NCBI RefSeq assembly: GCF_006345805.1 | Contig: NC_042999.1 | Span: 45,012,001-45,076,000 of the forward strand | Reading direction: 5' to 3' | From: Octopus sinensis | Taxonomy: Eukaryota | Length of the DNA: 64,000 bases | Shown: piece by piece, positions 24,721 to 38,965 of the stretch | Layout of the letters: each line of letters starts with the position of its first letter | How positions within the stretch are numbered: position 1 is the stretch's first letter | Notes under the pieces: generated by a model | Seen by the model: only the letters and a program-made list of their open reading frames with translations | The model's database searches: none | What the model was told of the DNA's origin: nothing | Program-made: the position numbers and the translations under genes

Positions 24721-26853
24721 AATCTGATTTATTTTACTGAATTTTTCTTCCTGTTCTTTGCAATCCTTTAATATTTAATAATATCTATCTGGTAAGATTT
24801 AAATTAATTTTCTTCTTTGAAAGGATTAATTAATTTTCCCCATGATTATGAGCTTAAGATGCTGAACTTAGAGACTATTATTTGGATGGACAGTGTTTTA
24901 ATTGTTACTTACAGCTATTTTATTGCACTCTGAGGCAACAGTTGTTTGATTGTTTGATTCTGTCTAGTTGATAATAACTTCTACTTCACAGTTGGATGGT
25001 TAGTGTAAAAATAAATTGCTCCATTATTCTATTGCTCCAGTAGTATGTATGAGTCTAAATTTAATAACTCCCATTTCATTTATGCAAGCAAGGAACTGAA
25101 TGTAATACAATAAAGAAAAAAAAAATATACCAAAAATATTCACCCTTAGGATTGACAGAGTAATTCCAAGATTGATTAGATGCACAACTAGCAATCCAAA
25201 ATGCCAATGTCTCCTGTTTATATTACTATGTTAATTCATCATTCTTTAAATACTGGGTATTCAAGTTATTGATTCGGCTTCTGGTTAAAATTCAGAAGAA
25301 CGGCAGATATGAATAATTTTCAAATAATTGACATATTTAGATTTATATAAAATATATAGTTTTTTTATTATTAATTATCCCAGTTGCCTTCAGTGTGCTT
25401 TTTAAACCTTTGGGTCCTTTGTTCATTTAATATTTATCTAGTTTTAAGGTATTTAAGTACAAAGGTCCATATTGAAATGAAATATCCTGATGTAAACTGT
25501 ATCTTGAAATTATTTATTCTATTTATTTATTTATTTTTATATTTCAGTTTCCAATATATCTCTGTCAATTAAGGAAAGTTTCTGTTTAAATGATAGATGC
25601 TCTGTCTCATTGAATATGTTTATAATCATTCCCAACTAGAGATGTAAGCAAATCAAAAGCTTATTTTTTTTTTTTTTTGTAATATCAATACCTTTACATC
25701 ATAGAAATTTCAAAAATAGATGACTATTTTTTTTCAAATATCTGTGGCCATTTTCAAATGAACATACGGAAAGATTCTTATATATGTTGCCAACTGAATA
25801 AATATTGTGAACAAAGAATTGTTTTATAATCATATTTCTTAACAAGAATAGACTGTTGATGTATATCAGTTAATTTTGAAAGTAATCAATATATGTAACT
25901 TTTTATTTGTTTGTCGGCATTGTTTAGCTATTGTTTTAGAATACAACAGAATACAAATGTTTACCTACAGAAATTTTCACATTAACATTAATATAACAAT
26001 GTGAGATTTCAGTCAAGATTTTAATTTAAATATGAACACTTCAAAGCAGACAATTTGGGGTAGGTTGGTATGGAAAGAGTTAAGGGGAGTCAATGCAGAC
26101 AAAATGCGTTTTAACTAAAAAATAATTTTCTGAGCAGTGTTTATTAAAAAAAAAAAAAAAAAGAAGTTTTCTGAATTAAGATCAACAAATGAAATGCAAA
26201 TAATTATAAACAGATTTAATTAGCATTGATAACTATCAATTGGAATGAAGTTATGTCTGTGCATCAAATGGATAAATTAAACTTTAATGCTTTTATTTTC
26301 AGGTCAGTGACATACAGACAACCCTAAACTGCATGCATCTAAGCCCAGTGACCTCATTTTCATGACTGGCATAAATTTCTCATCTAAATCCTCATCAAAT
26401 ATGAATAAAGTGTTGTAAGCTAATGAACTTCTCATTATTTCTACTTCTACAAATTACACAGTCATTAATCACTTTTCTTCTGGTTCCTAACTCCAGCGAA
26501 AACCAAGATACTCCCCCACCCCCCAAATAACAAAACAAAGATGTGATTGAATAAGTTAAAAATTTGACTCAAATGAAGGTTGGTGTCAGTGATGGATTAT
26601 TACAAACTTACAAATACAGAACAGTCTTTTTTTTTTTTTATTATCCACTTGATCGCTGCTATACTTATAAAATGGATGACTTCCATAGTATGAGAAATTA
26701 CTATGTATATAGGTACAGGCTTGGTTGTATGGTTAAGAAGTTTGCTTATTTGCCATATTGTTTCACCTTAGGCAAGTTTTTCTACTATAATCCATGACCG
26801 ATCAATGCCTTATGAATGGAATTGGTAGGCAAAGCAAAGTGAAGTAGATGTAA

Positions 26854-26884
<31 letters not shown>

Positions 26885-27548
26885 TTGATGTTGATGTTGA
26901 TGATGATGTTGATGATGATGTTGATGATGATGATGATGATGATGATGACCCATAATATGAGAAACTTTTGTTTAGACTATGATGGATGCTTATAAAACAA
27001 TACTTATTGACCTTTGAAGAAAGTTAACAATTCTATCTGTTATAATCTTTACTCAACATTTTCAAGGCTTAGTTCCTTGCAGAAAAGAAAATCAACGGCA
27101 AAAAGAAAAAAGAAACAAAAGAAAAAAAAAATTTCGATATCCTGTAAAAGGTATTTCTGAAATTTAGCTCAAGAAAGAAAAGGTTGAGACTATTCAACTA
27201 TTTATGTTTATGTTTTCATAGCTTCATTTTATATTATTTGTGAATAGTAAGGTTTCCTGTGTGTTAGTTACTGGTTCCCTGCACTTATGATGCTGAAAAT
27301 GACAAGCAAGTGTTTGAAACTTAAGTGGTATAAATAACACAAGGTATTTTTGCTTCAAAGCATTGGTTTATTAGATTTCTCATTGATGTTTACACTTTTG
27401 CCACTATACACTGTTGGAAAAATCCCTGATCTATGTACAAAAAAGCATATACACAGACAAAGAAGCAAACAAAAAAACCAACACACACACACACACACAC
27501 ACACACATTTTCTCAATAAGTTTTCATAAGTCAAAAACACACAGGCAC

Positions 27549-27823
27549 CTGTACATGAGGTAATAGAGTGAACACATCATTAATATTTAGTCTCATAACA
27601 GTAAATTCCTGTCACTGAATGGTTTCATGTTAAAAAACCTTCTTAGTATGGAAAGGTAATTCAACATCCAGTTTATGAGTCTCAGAGATTTTTCATCCTT
27701 GACTTTCGTTCTATGTTTTTTACAACTTCTCTGCCATGCATAAATTGGATGTGTGGTGTTTTTAGATCTCCAGTACAAAAGAGTTTAAGATACATACTCT
27801 TCTATTCAACCATATCAGCTGAC
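27549..27823 (-). pseudogene. Possible decayed exon
   Basis: SADMVE*KSMYLKLFCTGDLKTPHIQFMHGREVVKNIERK, frameshift, THKLDVELPFHTKKVF*HETIQ*QEFTVMRLNINDVFTLLPHVQ, then a CAG|GT donor at 27548-27547. Acceptor is weak. Confidence 0.25.
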
Positions 27824-27939
27824 TGTTAAATCACCCCTTTTATACTTATAAGTTTCTTTGAGACGAAACTTAGATAATATGAAACTGGGTTGTTATGAGA
27901 CTAGATTTATCATGCTTAATAAATCATATATATATATAT

Positions 27940-28290
27940 ATTCTTTTACTTGTTTCAGCCATTTGACTTCAGTCATGCTGGAGCAATACCTTTAGTCAAA
28001 CAAATCCACCCCAAAACTTATTCTTTGTAAGCCTAGTACTTATTCTATCAGTCTCTTTTACTGAACTGCACTAACATCAGTTGTCAAGTGACAGTCGGGG
28101 GACAAATGCAGACATAGAAATACATACATATATATATATGACAGGTTTCTTTCAGTTTCTGTCTGTCTGTCTACCAAAAACCCTCACAAGGCTTTGGTCA
28201 GCCTGTGGTTATAGTAGAAAACACTTGCTGAAGGTGCCACACAGTGGACCAAACCCAGAACCATGGGTTTGGGAATCACACAGCCACTCC
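27940..28290 (-). mobile_element. SINE family A (internally deleted)
   Basis: Antisense homology. Confidence 0.8.
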
Positions 28291-28304
28291 TGCACCTATA
28301 TATC

Positions 28305-28870
28305 ATCATCATTTAACGTCTGTGTTCCATGCAAGCATGGGTCAGATGGTACTACAAAAGCCGACCAGGCCAAAGCCTGCACCCGACTTCTGTGACTGTT
28401 TTTGGCAAGATTTTTATAGCTGGATGCCATTCTTAACACCAACCACTCAGCAGAGTGGACTTAGTGCTTTTTACATGGCACATGCACAGGCACAGTGAGT
28501 AGTGTTTTTTACATGACATAAGCATAGGCAAGGTCAGTTTTGGTAAGGTTTTTACAGCTGGATGCTCTTCCAAACACCAACCACTTCACAGTGTGGACTG
28601 GGTGCATTTAAGTGGCACCTGCACTGACAGGGTCACCAAGTACTTGCAAGACAAAAACTTTTAAATGGGGAGAAGGCATTGGAAAAGGTGATGATGAAAA
28701 GGTTAAAGTGAGACAGATATAGGTGTCTTGCTGTAGAGGAACTACAAGGTTACCTGGCCGGAGAGAGAAAGATCAGGAATGAAGACAGAAACAGGTGTGC
28801 TACTGCAAAGAAAATACATGGATGTCCAACCCGAGAGAAGTGCAGGAGAAGGAAAGAGAGAAAGAGTATG
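28305..28870 (-). mobile_element. Family D element, longer form
   Basis: CATCATTTAACGTC..., repeated GCTGGATGC..TTC..AACACCAACCAC blocks. Confidence 0.6.
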
Positions 28871-28876
28871 TATGTT

Positions 28877-28910
<34 letters not shown>

Positions 28911-28915
<5 letters not shown>

Positions 28916-29128
28916 ATCCCTCACCATATTACAGTTCACCTATTGTGGTTTATTATTTAAGCTTATGTTGATTCCTCTGTGGTGTTGGGTGTTGTTTTGC
29001 ATTTATGATAAAATGAAAATATGCAAATTATTAAAAAAATACTGTACAGTAGTGTTTCTACTTCATGAATTTTCACCTATTGTGGGGGATTTTGGAACAT
29101 AACAACCGCAATAGTTGAGGTATTACTA
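28911..29128. mobile_element. Tigger/pogo-type MITE
   Basis: TIRs TAGTAATCCCTCACCATATTACAGTT / AACCGCAATAGTTGAGGTATTACTA, TA flanks. Confidence 0.6.
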
Positions 29129-29129
29129 T

Positions 29130-29485
<356 letters not shown>

Positions 29486-29935
29486 GTATGTGTCTGATAA
29501 ATTCTACTCGCTTGATATTTATTAACCGGAAACTAGAAGATACTGTCCAAGATGTAACACAGCAGGATTGAACCAAGGGTCACATGATTTTAAAGCAAGC
29601 TTCTTAACCAGAGCCATATCTACACCTATTTGCAGGAAAATATATAGCACATAAAAAGAAAATATTGTATGAAGTTTCACTGAATTAGAAAATATCTGAA
29701 AGAAAATTAACATGTTTTAGTGAGAATATGGTAGATAGGAATCTGAAGAGCTTGTCTTCAATAATATTGCAGTGTTAATGATAATAAAGATAGTTCTTAA
29801 TAATAGTTTGCAAAATTTTATCAAGTGACCAAAAAATGACTGCGAACTTTGCTATTTATTAAAAATACTACCTTATATTTCAATTCATGCTTCAAACATT
29901 ACATCAATAACAGAATAGAAGTAAATATTAATAAC

Positions 29936-30823
29936 CTGTTCATGACCAGAGTTTGATTTTATGAGGAATTTCACAACACAAAGGAACAAGTATGGTTTCT
30001 GCAGGCTTGTCAAACCGACTTTCATCCAACTTATATTGAGGTCTTTTCTTGCTGGCTTGGAATGCTTGTGATATTTCTCTGAATAAAATGTATCACCATG
30101 TCTTCAAAAGGCTAAAAGTTCATTGCCTTTTTGCTTATGTATATTTTATGCAACTCCCAGGCATTTATTCATTGATACATCAATCAAGCAGATAATAAGA
30201 CAAGATTACCATTTTTTTTTACCTTTGAATAGCAATCTTATATTTTGATGTTCTCATCCTTTTGCTCTGTTCCCATGTATCCATTATCAACTTTTAAGAG
30301 ATGTGGTTGTGCTGTATAAGAATTGTGACTTTTAGGTAGTGATGAATAGTTATGAAGCTTGGAAGACAGATTGAACTGCTGCTGCTGCTGTGTTTGGTCA
30401 CACTTTTACTGTATTATTCTTTTTCCATCTGCACACTGGTATTTCATTGTATGCATTCATTGAAATACCAAATGAAACTCTTTCTTCTTTTTTTTCCTCA
30501 ATCCACTCTCTTTTCCTTTGGAGCAAACAGTTCTCATTGCTTTGACTAATTTTGCCTTCAATGCTGGTGAAAACCATTATCAATGCAGAAATATGATTTA
30601 GGAAAGTGTTCTAGAAAGATTTCAGTAAATTTGCAAAGAAGTATCTTTCTCTAATCCAAAACTGACCTCTTATTTTTATTCCAGTCACAAGGTTCTTTCT
30701 TGGTATGCATAAATGCTTCTCTGTCTCTACAACATTGCATTTCTTTATGTATGAAATGGGAGGAGAGTATGTTTGTGATTCTATTTTATCCAAAATTTTT
30801 TCTCATACACAAATGCTAATGAC
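29936..30823 (-). pseudogene. Putative decayed exon pair (30823-30223 and 30111-29936) separated by a 111-nt GT-AG intron
   Basis: Acceptor CTACATTTAG; one frame has only two internal stops in about 140 codons, then a polyQ frame ends in phase 0 at AAG|GTAAAA; the next exon after CTTTTAG reads PFEDMVIHF, frameshift, REISQAFQASKKRPQYKLDESRFDKPAETILVPLCCEIPHKIKLWS*T, then CAG|GT. Confidence 0.35.
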
Positions 30824-32723
30824 CTAAATGTAGGGCATTGATATTTATAAACATGTTACAGAAAGACATTTGATCTATTGAATGTTCACCTTACAACACT
30901 GATCTCTCATCCTGGCCTGTAATGTTTTTTGATCGGAATAAACATGAAAGAGTAATAATTTGAAACCTTTGAGATACTGAAATAATTACCCGAGTGAAGA
31001 GGTTGCATACAAATTCTGAAATCAAAGGTTTAAGCAATTTTGGTAACTTCCTATAGCAAACATATAACTTCAGTAGTCATAAACAATATTGTTTACATTT
31101 TACTGATGGACTTTTAAAATAAACCCATGTGGAAAATATTCCTTTTAAATTAAAAGATCATTTCCTATGAATATTTTTGAAGGTGGTCTATGTAAAAAGA
31201 TGAAAGGCATAAATGAGTTAAAAAGGTGTTAAATGTTCTCACTATCCATTTGTTTCAACATATTTTTCTTCATATTTATTAAACAAATTTATTTAATATT
31301 TCTAGAGAAACATTATTAAATTATGCACTTTTTAATCACCTTAGCACATTATCTGTTAGAACTATTGAATAATTAACTAAGTGACAAGATTGCAAGTGAA
31401 TTTTATTTCCCTGCTCTAAACACAACATTCTTAATCAATGGATTTACATGAATACAATGTACAGCTTAAGTTTTAAATATTTGTGTCCCAAAATTAAGTA
31501 AGCACCATGGTAAACTTTGCAAACCAATTCATAGCTAATATGCTGTTGTTTTTAGTGTTTGTTTTTTGGTTTTTGTCGTGCTGGATTGAAGCTTTTATAA
31601 CTCAGAGAATAATGTCTCCCTGGAAGCAATAAAATCTGCACAAACAAGTTTTTTCAATAATGTTATTGTTGTGTTCTATTTGAAGCAATTATGATGAAAA
31701 TATGTCTTTTATTATATTCCATAACTTTTATTGCAAAATATTGTTTTGCCATTTTTTTTTTCTTTTTCGATATCCATATCTTTGTAGAATTTTGGTGCCA
31801 CCAAATATTTCTAACTTTCCTTTAATCTCAAGAGATAAATCAAAGGCACATTTAACTGACACAGCTGAAATAAATGTGATAAATTGCAGACACCTTGTTG
31901 CCAACAAAATTTACTCTTCAAGTGCTTGGCTTCTTCGGTAGATGTCTATTCCATAATGTTATGATAAAAACAGAAATCAGAAAAAAAAAAAAAAAACAAA
32001 ACAAAACAAATAGAATTCATTTAAATTCTTGAAAATATTGTAATTGCAGAAAACAAGAGTAAGCAGCAGGACAAATGGAGCGTATTCTTTGTTCTGATTG
32101 GATGTAATTTAAATTTCAAATTTATATATATATATACTTTTGTTTCTTTTCAATGATTCCTGTTTAATGCTTCTTCTGATTTTTCCATGCATGTGTATGC
32201 ATGTATGTGAGTGTGTATGTGAGTGTGTATGGGTGTGCATGCGTAAGAGACATTATATTAACAACAACATTTAGCATATTATATGATGCTTAGTTAATAA
32301 CAGGCATGCAAAAACAAACATACAAACAAACAAACGAACAAAAACCGATGTTTTGTGATGGCAGTCATATACACAATATATGGAATTCGTCATTGTGACT
32401 TGTTTTATTTTGTGTTTTTTTTGTTTGTCAGAGCGTGCATGTGTTATTTCCTGTGTTTGATATTGATTAAACAAATACACTCAGATGATTCTAGGTGATA
32501 GTTCAATGAAAATAATATTATGTTTAGAAACCAAAATTCCTTTGTCAAAGTTCCGGTGTTCTTATCCTGACAGGATGAGCTGTCAGCTAATATTTTTTTT
32601 TTCCTTCTTGTAGTTTATAACAAATGTGAAAAATAGATAAGTGGAAACAGCCTAAAAGAAACAATTGGACGAAACCACAACAGGTGCAGCAGCAGCAGCA
32701 GCATCAGCAGCATCAACAGCAGC

Positions 32724-32767
<44 letters not shown>

Positions 32768-32938
32768 ATCTTTCTGCCATTCCACAAGGCCTGCAATGTT
32801 TTCGATGGAGCGGTGCTAATCAATTATATCAACCCTACTCCTGCATAACTGTTACCTATTTTACCAACACCAAAACGATAAAAGATGGTCTCAATCTCCA
32901 GTATTCAAAAGTAATAATAATAATAATAATAATGATAA

Positions 32939-32969
<31 letters not shown>

Positions 32970-32974
32970 AATAA

Positions 32975-33806
32975 GAGAGCGAAGGTTTCATCCTGGCTGC
33001 TCAAGATCAAAGCCTATTAACCCGGAACTACCAGGCCAATGTGATGAAAAATGGAGCAGACCCAAAATGCCGATTCTGCAACGACATGATTGAAACAGTG
33101 GACCACCTAATCTCTGGATGTAAAGTCTTAGCACCAGTGGAGTATAAATTAAGACATGACAGAGTTGGCCAATATCTCCACTGGCTAATAAGTCGGCATT
33201 ACAATATCAAAACTGCCGACAAGTGGTATAATCACCACCCTGAGGCTGTAACTGAAGGAGAAAATGTAACCATTCTGTGGGACTTTTCAGTACATACAGA
33301 CCGAACCATCAAGGCCAATAAACCAGATATTGTTGTGAAAGACCAAAACAATAAAGTTTGCTTATTGATCGACATGAGCATCCCCTGTGATCATAATATC
33401 TCAGCGAAAGAGTTTGACAAGCTCAGAAAATATAAAGACCTACTCATTGAAATTGAGAAAATGTGGCATCTCAAGGCGGTTACAATACCAGTGATCGTAG
33501 GAGCACTAGGAATGATCAAGAAGGGAACTGAAAATTAGATGAGAATGATCCCTGGCTTACCATCCCTGCAAGAAGTGCAAAAGATTGTCTTAACTGGTAC
33601 ATCACACGTATTGAGAAGAGCATTGTCGATGTGAGAACTGTTGCTGCTCATGTATTTTAATTTAACTTAAAAAAAAAAAAAAAAAATGAACGAACTACTG
33701 AGTTTGGTTTAATGGCCTACCAATGTATACTATGAGTTTCTTTGCCCTAGGAGTCGGGAAGACACTCGGCAAGAAATGGAAGCAAATTTGAAAGAAGAAA
33801 AAAAAA
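32975..33806 (+). mobile_element. R4/Dong-clade non-LTR retrotransposon, 5'-truncated (CCHC finger plus restriction-like endonuclease)
   Basis: AAQDQSL..., CRFC...ET.DHL.SGC, RHD, ILWD...TD....NKPDIVV, IDMSIP, K..KY.DL; premature TAG at 33536-33538; (TAA)n on both sides. Confidence 0.9.
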
Positions 33807-34080
33807 GTAATAATAATAATAATAATAATGACGACGACAACAACAACAATAATAGTTTAGAACTTTGGTAACTGGCCAGCAATTTCTGCTGAGGGAATAA
33901 GTCAAAAACATCAATTCCAGAACTCAATGGGTACTTATTTTATCAACCCTGAAAGAATGAAAGGCAAAGTCAACCTTGGTAGAGTCTGAACACAGAATGT
34001 AAAGACAGATGAAATGCCACTCAGCATGGTGACAATTCTGCCAACTTACAACCTTAGTAAAAATAAGAATAATATTAATG

Positions 34081-34175
<95 letters not shown>

Positions 34176-34177
<2 letters not shown>

Positions 34178-35941
34178 ACGCTCTCTCCACTCCTTTTCTG
34201 CTTGGCACTGTCACCTCTATCTGATATGCTAAATAGAACTGGATGCGGATATAAATGTTACGGCAAAACGATCAGCCACCTTTTATATATGGATGACCTA
34301 AAACTATACGCTGCAAATGACAAACAGCTGGAAACACTATTAAAGACAGTTCATGGATTTACCAAAGAAATAGATATGAAATTTGGATTAGAAAAATGCG
34401 CCAAAGTAACCATGAAAAGAGGAAAACTAGTTAAGAGTAACAACATCACACTAGATAAAACCAATGAAATAAAAGAATTAGACCAAAGCCAAACTTACAA
34501 ATACTTAGGAATCCATGAACTAGATAAGACACAACACACACAAATGAAAGAGAAAATAAAAAAAGAATATTATAGACGAGTTAGATCAATACTAAAAACA
34601 GAGCTCAATGCTAAAAACAAGATAATAGGTATCAACACTTTAGCTGTCCCAGTTATAAGTTACAGCTACAATATCCTTAACTGGACACGAAATGAACTGT
34701 CCAAAATAGATATGAAAACAAGAAAAATACTGACAGGATCTAGGATGCATCACCCAAAATCTGACATAGAAAGACTATATATACAACGTATAGAAGGTGG
34801 TAGAGGCCTTATACAGCTGGAAAACTACTATAAAATAACCACCATAGGACTGCAAAAATACCTACTTCAGAAGGAAGGAAAACTGATCCAGATAGCAGCA
34901 AAACACGAGCAAAACAAAAAACTGTTCTCAGTATTTAAGGAAGCTGACAAATACAAACAAGAAATCATACCACCTAATAAACACAAAGAAGAAGAAGAAG
35001 ATGATGAAGAAACAACAAAAGCTATAAAACAAATGAAATCCAAACTAAAAATAGAACAGCAACGAGCCATGATAAAACGATGGCAAGAAAAACCCCTTCA
35101 TGGTAAATACTGCACTAAACTAAACGCAAAAGAAATAGACAAAGAAAAATCCCAGCAATGGTTGAGAAGCTCAGGACTCAAAGCAGAAACAGAGGGATTT
35201 TTAATTGCAGCACAAGACCAAAGCCTCCCCACCAGAAATTACCAAAAACATGTAATGAAAAGAAATATTACAAGTAACTGCAGAATATGTGGAGATGGAC
35301 AAGAAACAATAAATCATATTATCTCTAGCTGCCCAGTCCTGGCTAAGAAGGAATATATTCACAGACATGACAGAGTTGGAACCTACATACATTGGAAGCT
35401 ATGCCAACATTATGGAATAACAACAGAAAAAAAATGGTATAGGCACACACCAGAAAAGGTCACAGAAAACGAGAAAGCAACCATACTCTGGGATATGCCG
35501 ATACACACAGATAGAGAAATTAAGGCCAACAGACTAGATATAGTTGTCAGAGATCATGAGAAAAAAAAATGCTTTCTAATTGATGTATCAATACCGGCAG
35601 ATGACAACGTGTCTCTAAAAGAAATGGAGAAACTCTCAAAATACAAAGACCTGGAAATAGAGGTAACTAGAATGTGGAACCTGAAAACAGAAACAATTCC
35701 TATCATAGTAGGTGCATTAGGCATGATAAAAAATATTCAGACAAATACATAACAAAAACACCAGGACTTACAAACACATATAACATACAGAAAATTGCAC
35801 TACTAGGCACTGCACACATCCTACGCAGAACACTTTCCATACAATAACCATCAGAGCATCACAACAAATCACAGCACATACCCAAGGCACACAGAGCTGC
35901 GCTCGGTAGTGAAGTGAAAGCACGCTATAAAAATAAAACTA

Positions 35942-35945
<4 letters not shown>
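34176..35945 (+). mobile_element. R4/Dong-clade non-LTR retrotransposon, 5'-truncated (RT C-half plus CCHC plus RLE)
   Basis: TLSPLLFCLAL..., HLLYMDDLKLY, YKYLG, CRIC...ETINHI.SSC, RHD, NRLDIVV (canonical PD changed to LD); frameshift near 35735; begins and ends in (TAA)n. Confidence 0.93.
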
Positions 35946-35975
<30 letters not shown>

Positions 35976-36194
35976 TAATAAGGATAATGATAATAATAAT
36001 AATAATAAAATAATAAGGATAATGATAATAATAATAATAATAATTATAATAATAATAATAAATCTAAGTGAATTCTGAATACAACAAATTTCGGAATTAG
36101 ACATACAAGTAACAAGCACAGAAAAATCTAAGTGCATGAAAACCCGTGCTAAAACTGCTGCTGCTGCTGCTGCTGCTGCACCACCACCACCACC

Positions 36195-36246
<52 letters not shown>

Positions 36247-36269
36247 TGATGATTGCCCTGATGCAGTAC

Positions 36270-36720
36270 CAGGCAGTGGTTCTCATAGATTCTGATCTTA
36301 ACTGATTGGAAGTGTTATCATGTACATTCAATACCACAGTGCTTGTCAGTCACTTGACCTTAACCAATGAAGTATGTCCCTTAGTGGCTGATGATATGAC
36401 CATCTCTGATCATAAGCACAAGTAGTAGGGGAGCATCATAGTCATGTGTTGAGAGGGATTCTTCAAGAAGAATTCATGGGTGTTTTGTTCATCATCCTTA
36501 AACAAACCTTATTCAGGGATTTTTTTGAATGGGATGGGCTACTCAAACTCAAGAAAATTCTAACTGGGCCCTACCTGCTAGGACATGCACTATTTGTCTT
36601 GATATAAGGTCAGCATGTCACGCACAAATGGTTGTGAAGCATGTGCCTGGTTTACCCTTATCAGACGGATAGTTATGATAAGCTTCGTATATTGTACTCC
36701 AGTGTCACTTAATAACATGC
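36270..36720. mobile_element. Unclassified interspersed repeat (tentative)
   Basis: GC-richer block bounded by trinucleotide microsatellites; only one copy in the window. Confidence 0.25.
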
Positions 36721-37225
36721 ATTGCTCTCTCACTCAATAATAATAATAAAGATGATGATGATAATAATTATCCTTCCTACTATAGGCGCAAGGTCTGAAA
36801 TTTTGTGGGAGAGAACTAGTTAATTATATTGTACCCCAAAAGGACAAAAGGTAAAGTTAACCTCAGTAGAATGTTTGAACTCAGAATGTAGAGACAAATG
36901 AAATGCTGCTAAGTATTTCATCCAACATGCTAGTGGTTCTGCCAACTTGCCCCTTTAATAATGATGATAATAATCCTTTCTACTAGAGGCATAATTTTGT
37001 GGTGATGCCGGTGGTGGGTGCTAGTCAATGACATTGACTCCAGCATCCATATGGTACTTATTTCATCAACCCCCTCAGAACATAAAGCTGGAAGAAAACC
37101 CACAATGTATTTTTGCTGGAATGGTAACAATTCTGTCCGCTCACCACCTTAATAATAATACTAATGATAATAGTAATAATAATCATAATGATGAGGATAA
37201 TAATAATAATAATAATAATAATGAC

Positions 37226-37273
<48 letters not shown>

Positions 37274-37330
37274 AATAATAATAATGATCATAATAATAAC
37301 GATAAGAATAATAATAATAGTTATAATGAT

Positions 37331-38965
37331 GCTTTCCTCATTAACAACTACATCTTCCTTGATTAACAAAAAAATGATGTAAATGATGGTTTTATGGATT
37401 CTGGATCAACTGTTAATTGACAAAATGATTCTTGACGATCGTCACAACAAAAAGAAAAAAGAAACATCTCTCAGTGGCGCTGAGAGACCACAAGAAGGCT
37501 TTTGATGGTCTTCCTCACAGCTGGATAAAAGAATGCTGGGAGATGTTCAAAATCTCACCAGTAATCAGGAAGTTTGCATCTCACACCATGAAGCGCTGAA
37601 AAACAACATTAATTCTCAACACTGACACTACAAATATAAACATTGGACAACTCGATATTAATTGTGGAATCTTTCAAGGAGACTCATTATCTCCTTTGTT
37701 ATTCTGTTCAGCACTGTTTCCTCTAAGTAAACACCTGAATGGAACAAAATGTAGAAACAGGGAATATGAAAAAAAACAAAACCCGGTTAATCATCTCTTC
37801 TCTACGGAAGATTTGAAACTGTTCACAAAAAATGTTCAGCAGTTGCAAGCTCTCTTACCTGCAGTCAAACATGTAGTGATAACATCAAATGGAATTTGAA
37901 CCTGGCAAATGCACCTAGGCTGCATTTACCAAGGGAAGACTATCAAACACATTCAGCATCACTATAGATAGAGACACCGAGATGAAAGAATTAGAACCTA
38001 AGGACAGTTTTAACTAGGAGTAGATAAAGGAGATGGGATTAAACTCTCACTAATGAAAGGAAATATAAGGAAGGAGTTCTATAGAAGAGTAAGAATCATT
38101 CTGAAAACTGAGCTGAATACCAAAAGCAAGATTGAGACCATAAACACACTGGCCATGCCTGTAATCCCCTACAGCTTCAATTTTATAAATTAATCCCTCT
38201 TTAAGGTCAACAAAGCTGGTATCAAAATATGAAGGCTGATGACAATGCATCATAGCCGTCACTCCAAAGCAAACACAAATTGAATATATCTCCTGAGAAA
38301 AGAAGTTGGTTGGGGGTTGATACAATCTCAGCTCTCATTAAAAATTGCAACCATAGGACTTTCTGCTTATCTGCAACAAGCAAACGACAGGACGTTAAAG
38401 CTGGTTTTGAGGCTTGAAGATATCAAAACGTTGTATGAGGGGACAAAAATACAAAAATATACCTCTAAGAAATGCATCTAGATAAACCAGTACCTGAAGA
38501 AAATGTGTCCCCAACAGACAAGGCAAAACAAATAAAACTGTAGTTAAACAAACTAGGCTGAAATATATTAAGGAGAAATGTGAGCAAAGGCCACTGCATG
38601 GCAAGTACCTGAATAGAATCAGGGACCCTGATGTTGATCAAACTCTTACTCATCAGTGGCTCTAATGCACTTGTATTCAACCAGAAATGAAGGGGTATAT
38701 CATTGCTGCTCAGGAGAAGTCCCTTCCATCTAGGAATTATCAAAATTATGTCCTGAAACATGAAAGCAGCTCATCATACTGTATATGCAGAGTGCACCTA
38801 GAGACAATTCACCACATAATCTCTGGATGCAGCAATATGGCACCAACAGAATACTTGCAAAGGCATGACAAGGCAGTTCAGTACATACACTGGCCAATAT
38901 ACTGCACACATAACCTCCCTCCCAAACATGATTGGTGGGAACACAAGTCAAAGGCAATCCTAGCT
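37331..38965 (+). mobile_element. Older degraded R4/Dong-clade copy
   Basis: KKAFDGLPHSWIKE, GIFQGDSLSPLLFC, HLF...DLK, GYIIAAQEKSLP.RNYQ, CIC...ETIHHIISGC, RHD; many stops and frameshifts; follows (AAT/GAT)n. Confidence 0.85.

Noticed and set aside
25380-25503. Minus-strand frame phase-compatible with the 26446-26353 segment
   Set aside because: Its acceptor context is A-rich rather than pyrimidine-rich and it contains a stop.
26303-26413. Plus-strand AG...GTAAGC-bounded segment (similar case at 32614-32683)
   Set aside because: All frames closed; such signals are common in AT-rich DNA.
30370-30450. KYQCADGKRII..KCD resembling an LDL-receptor class A repeat
   Set aside because: Wrong cysteine spacing, in-frame stops and no acidic motif.
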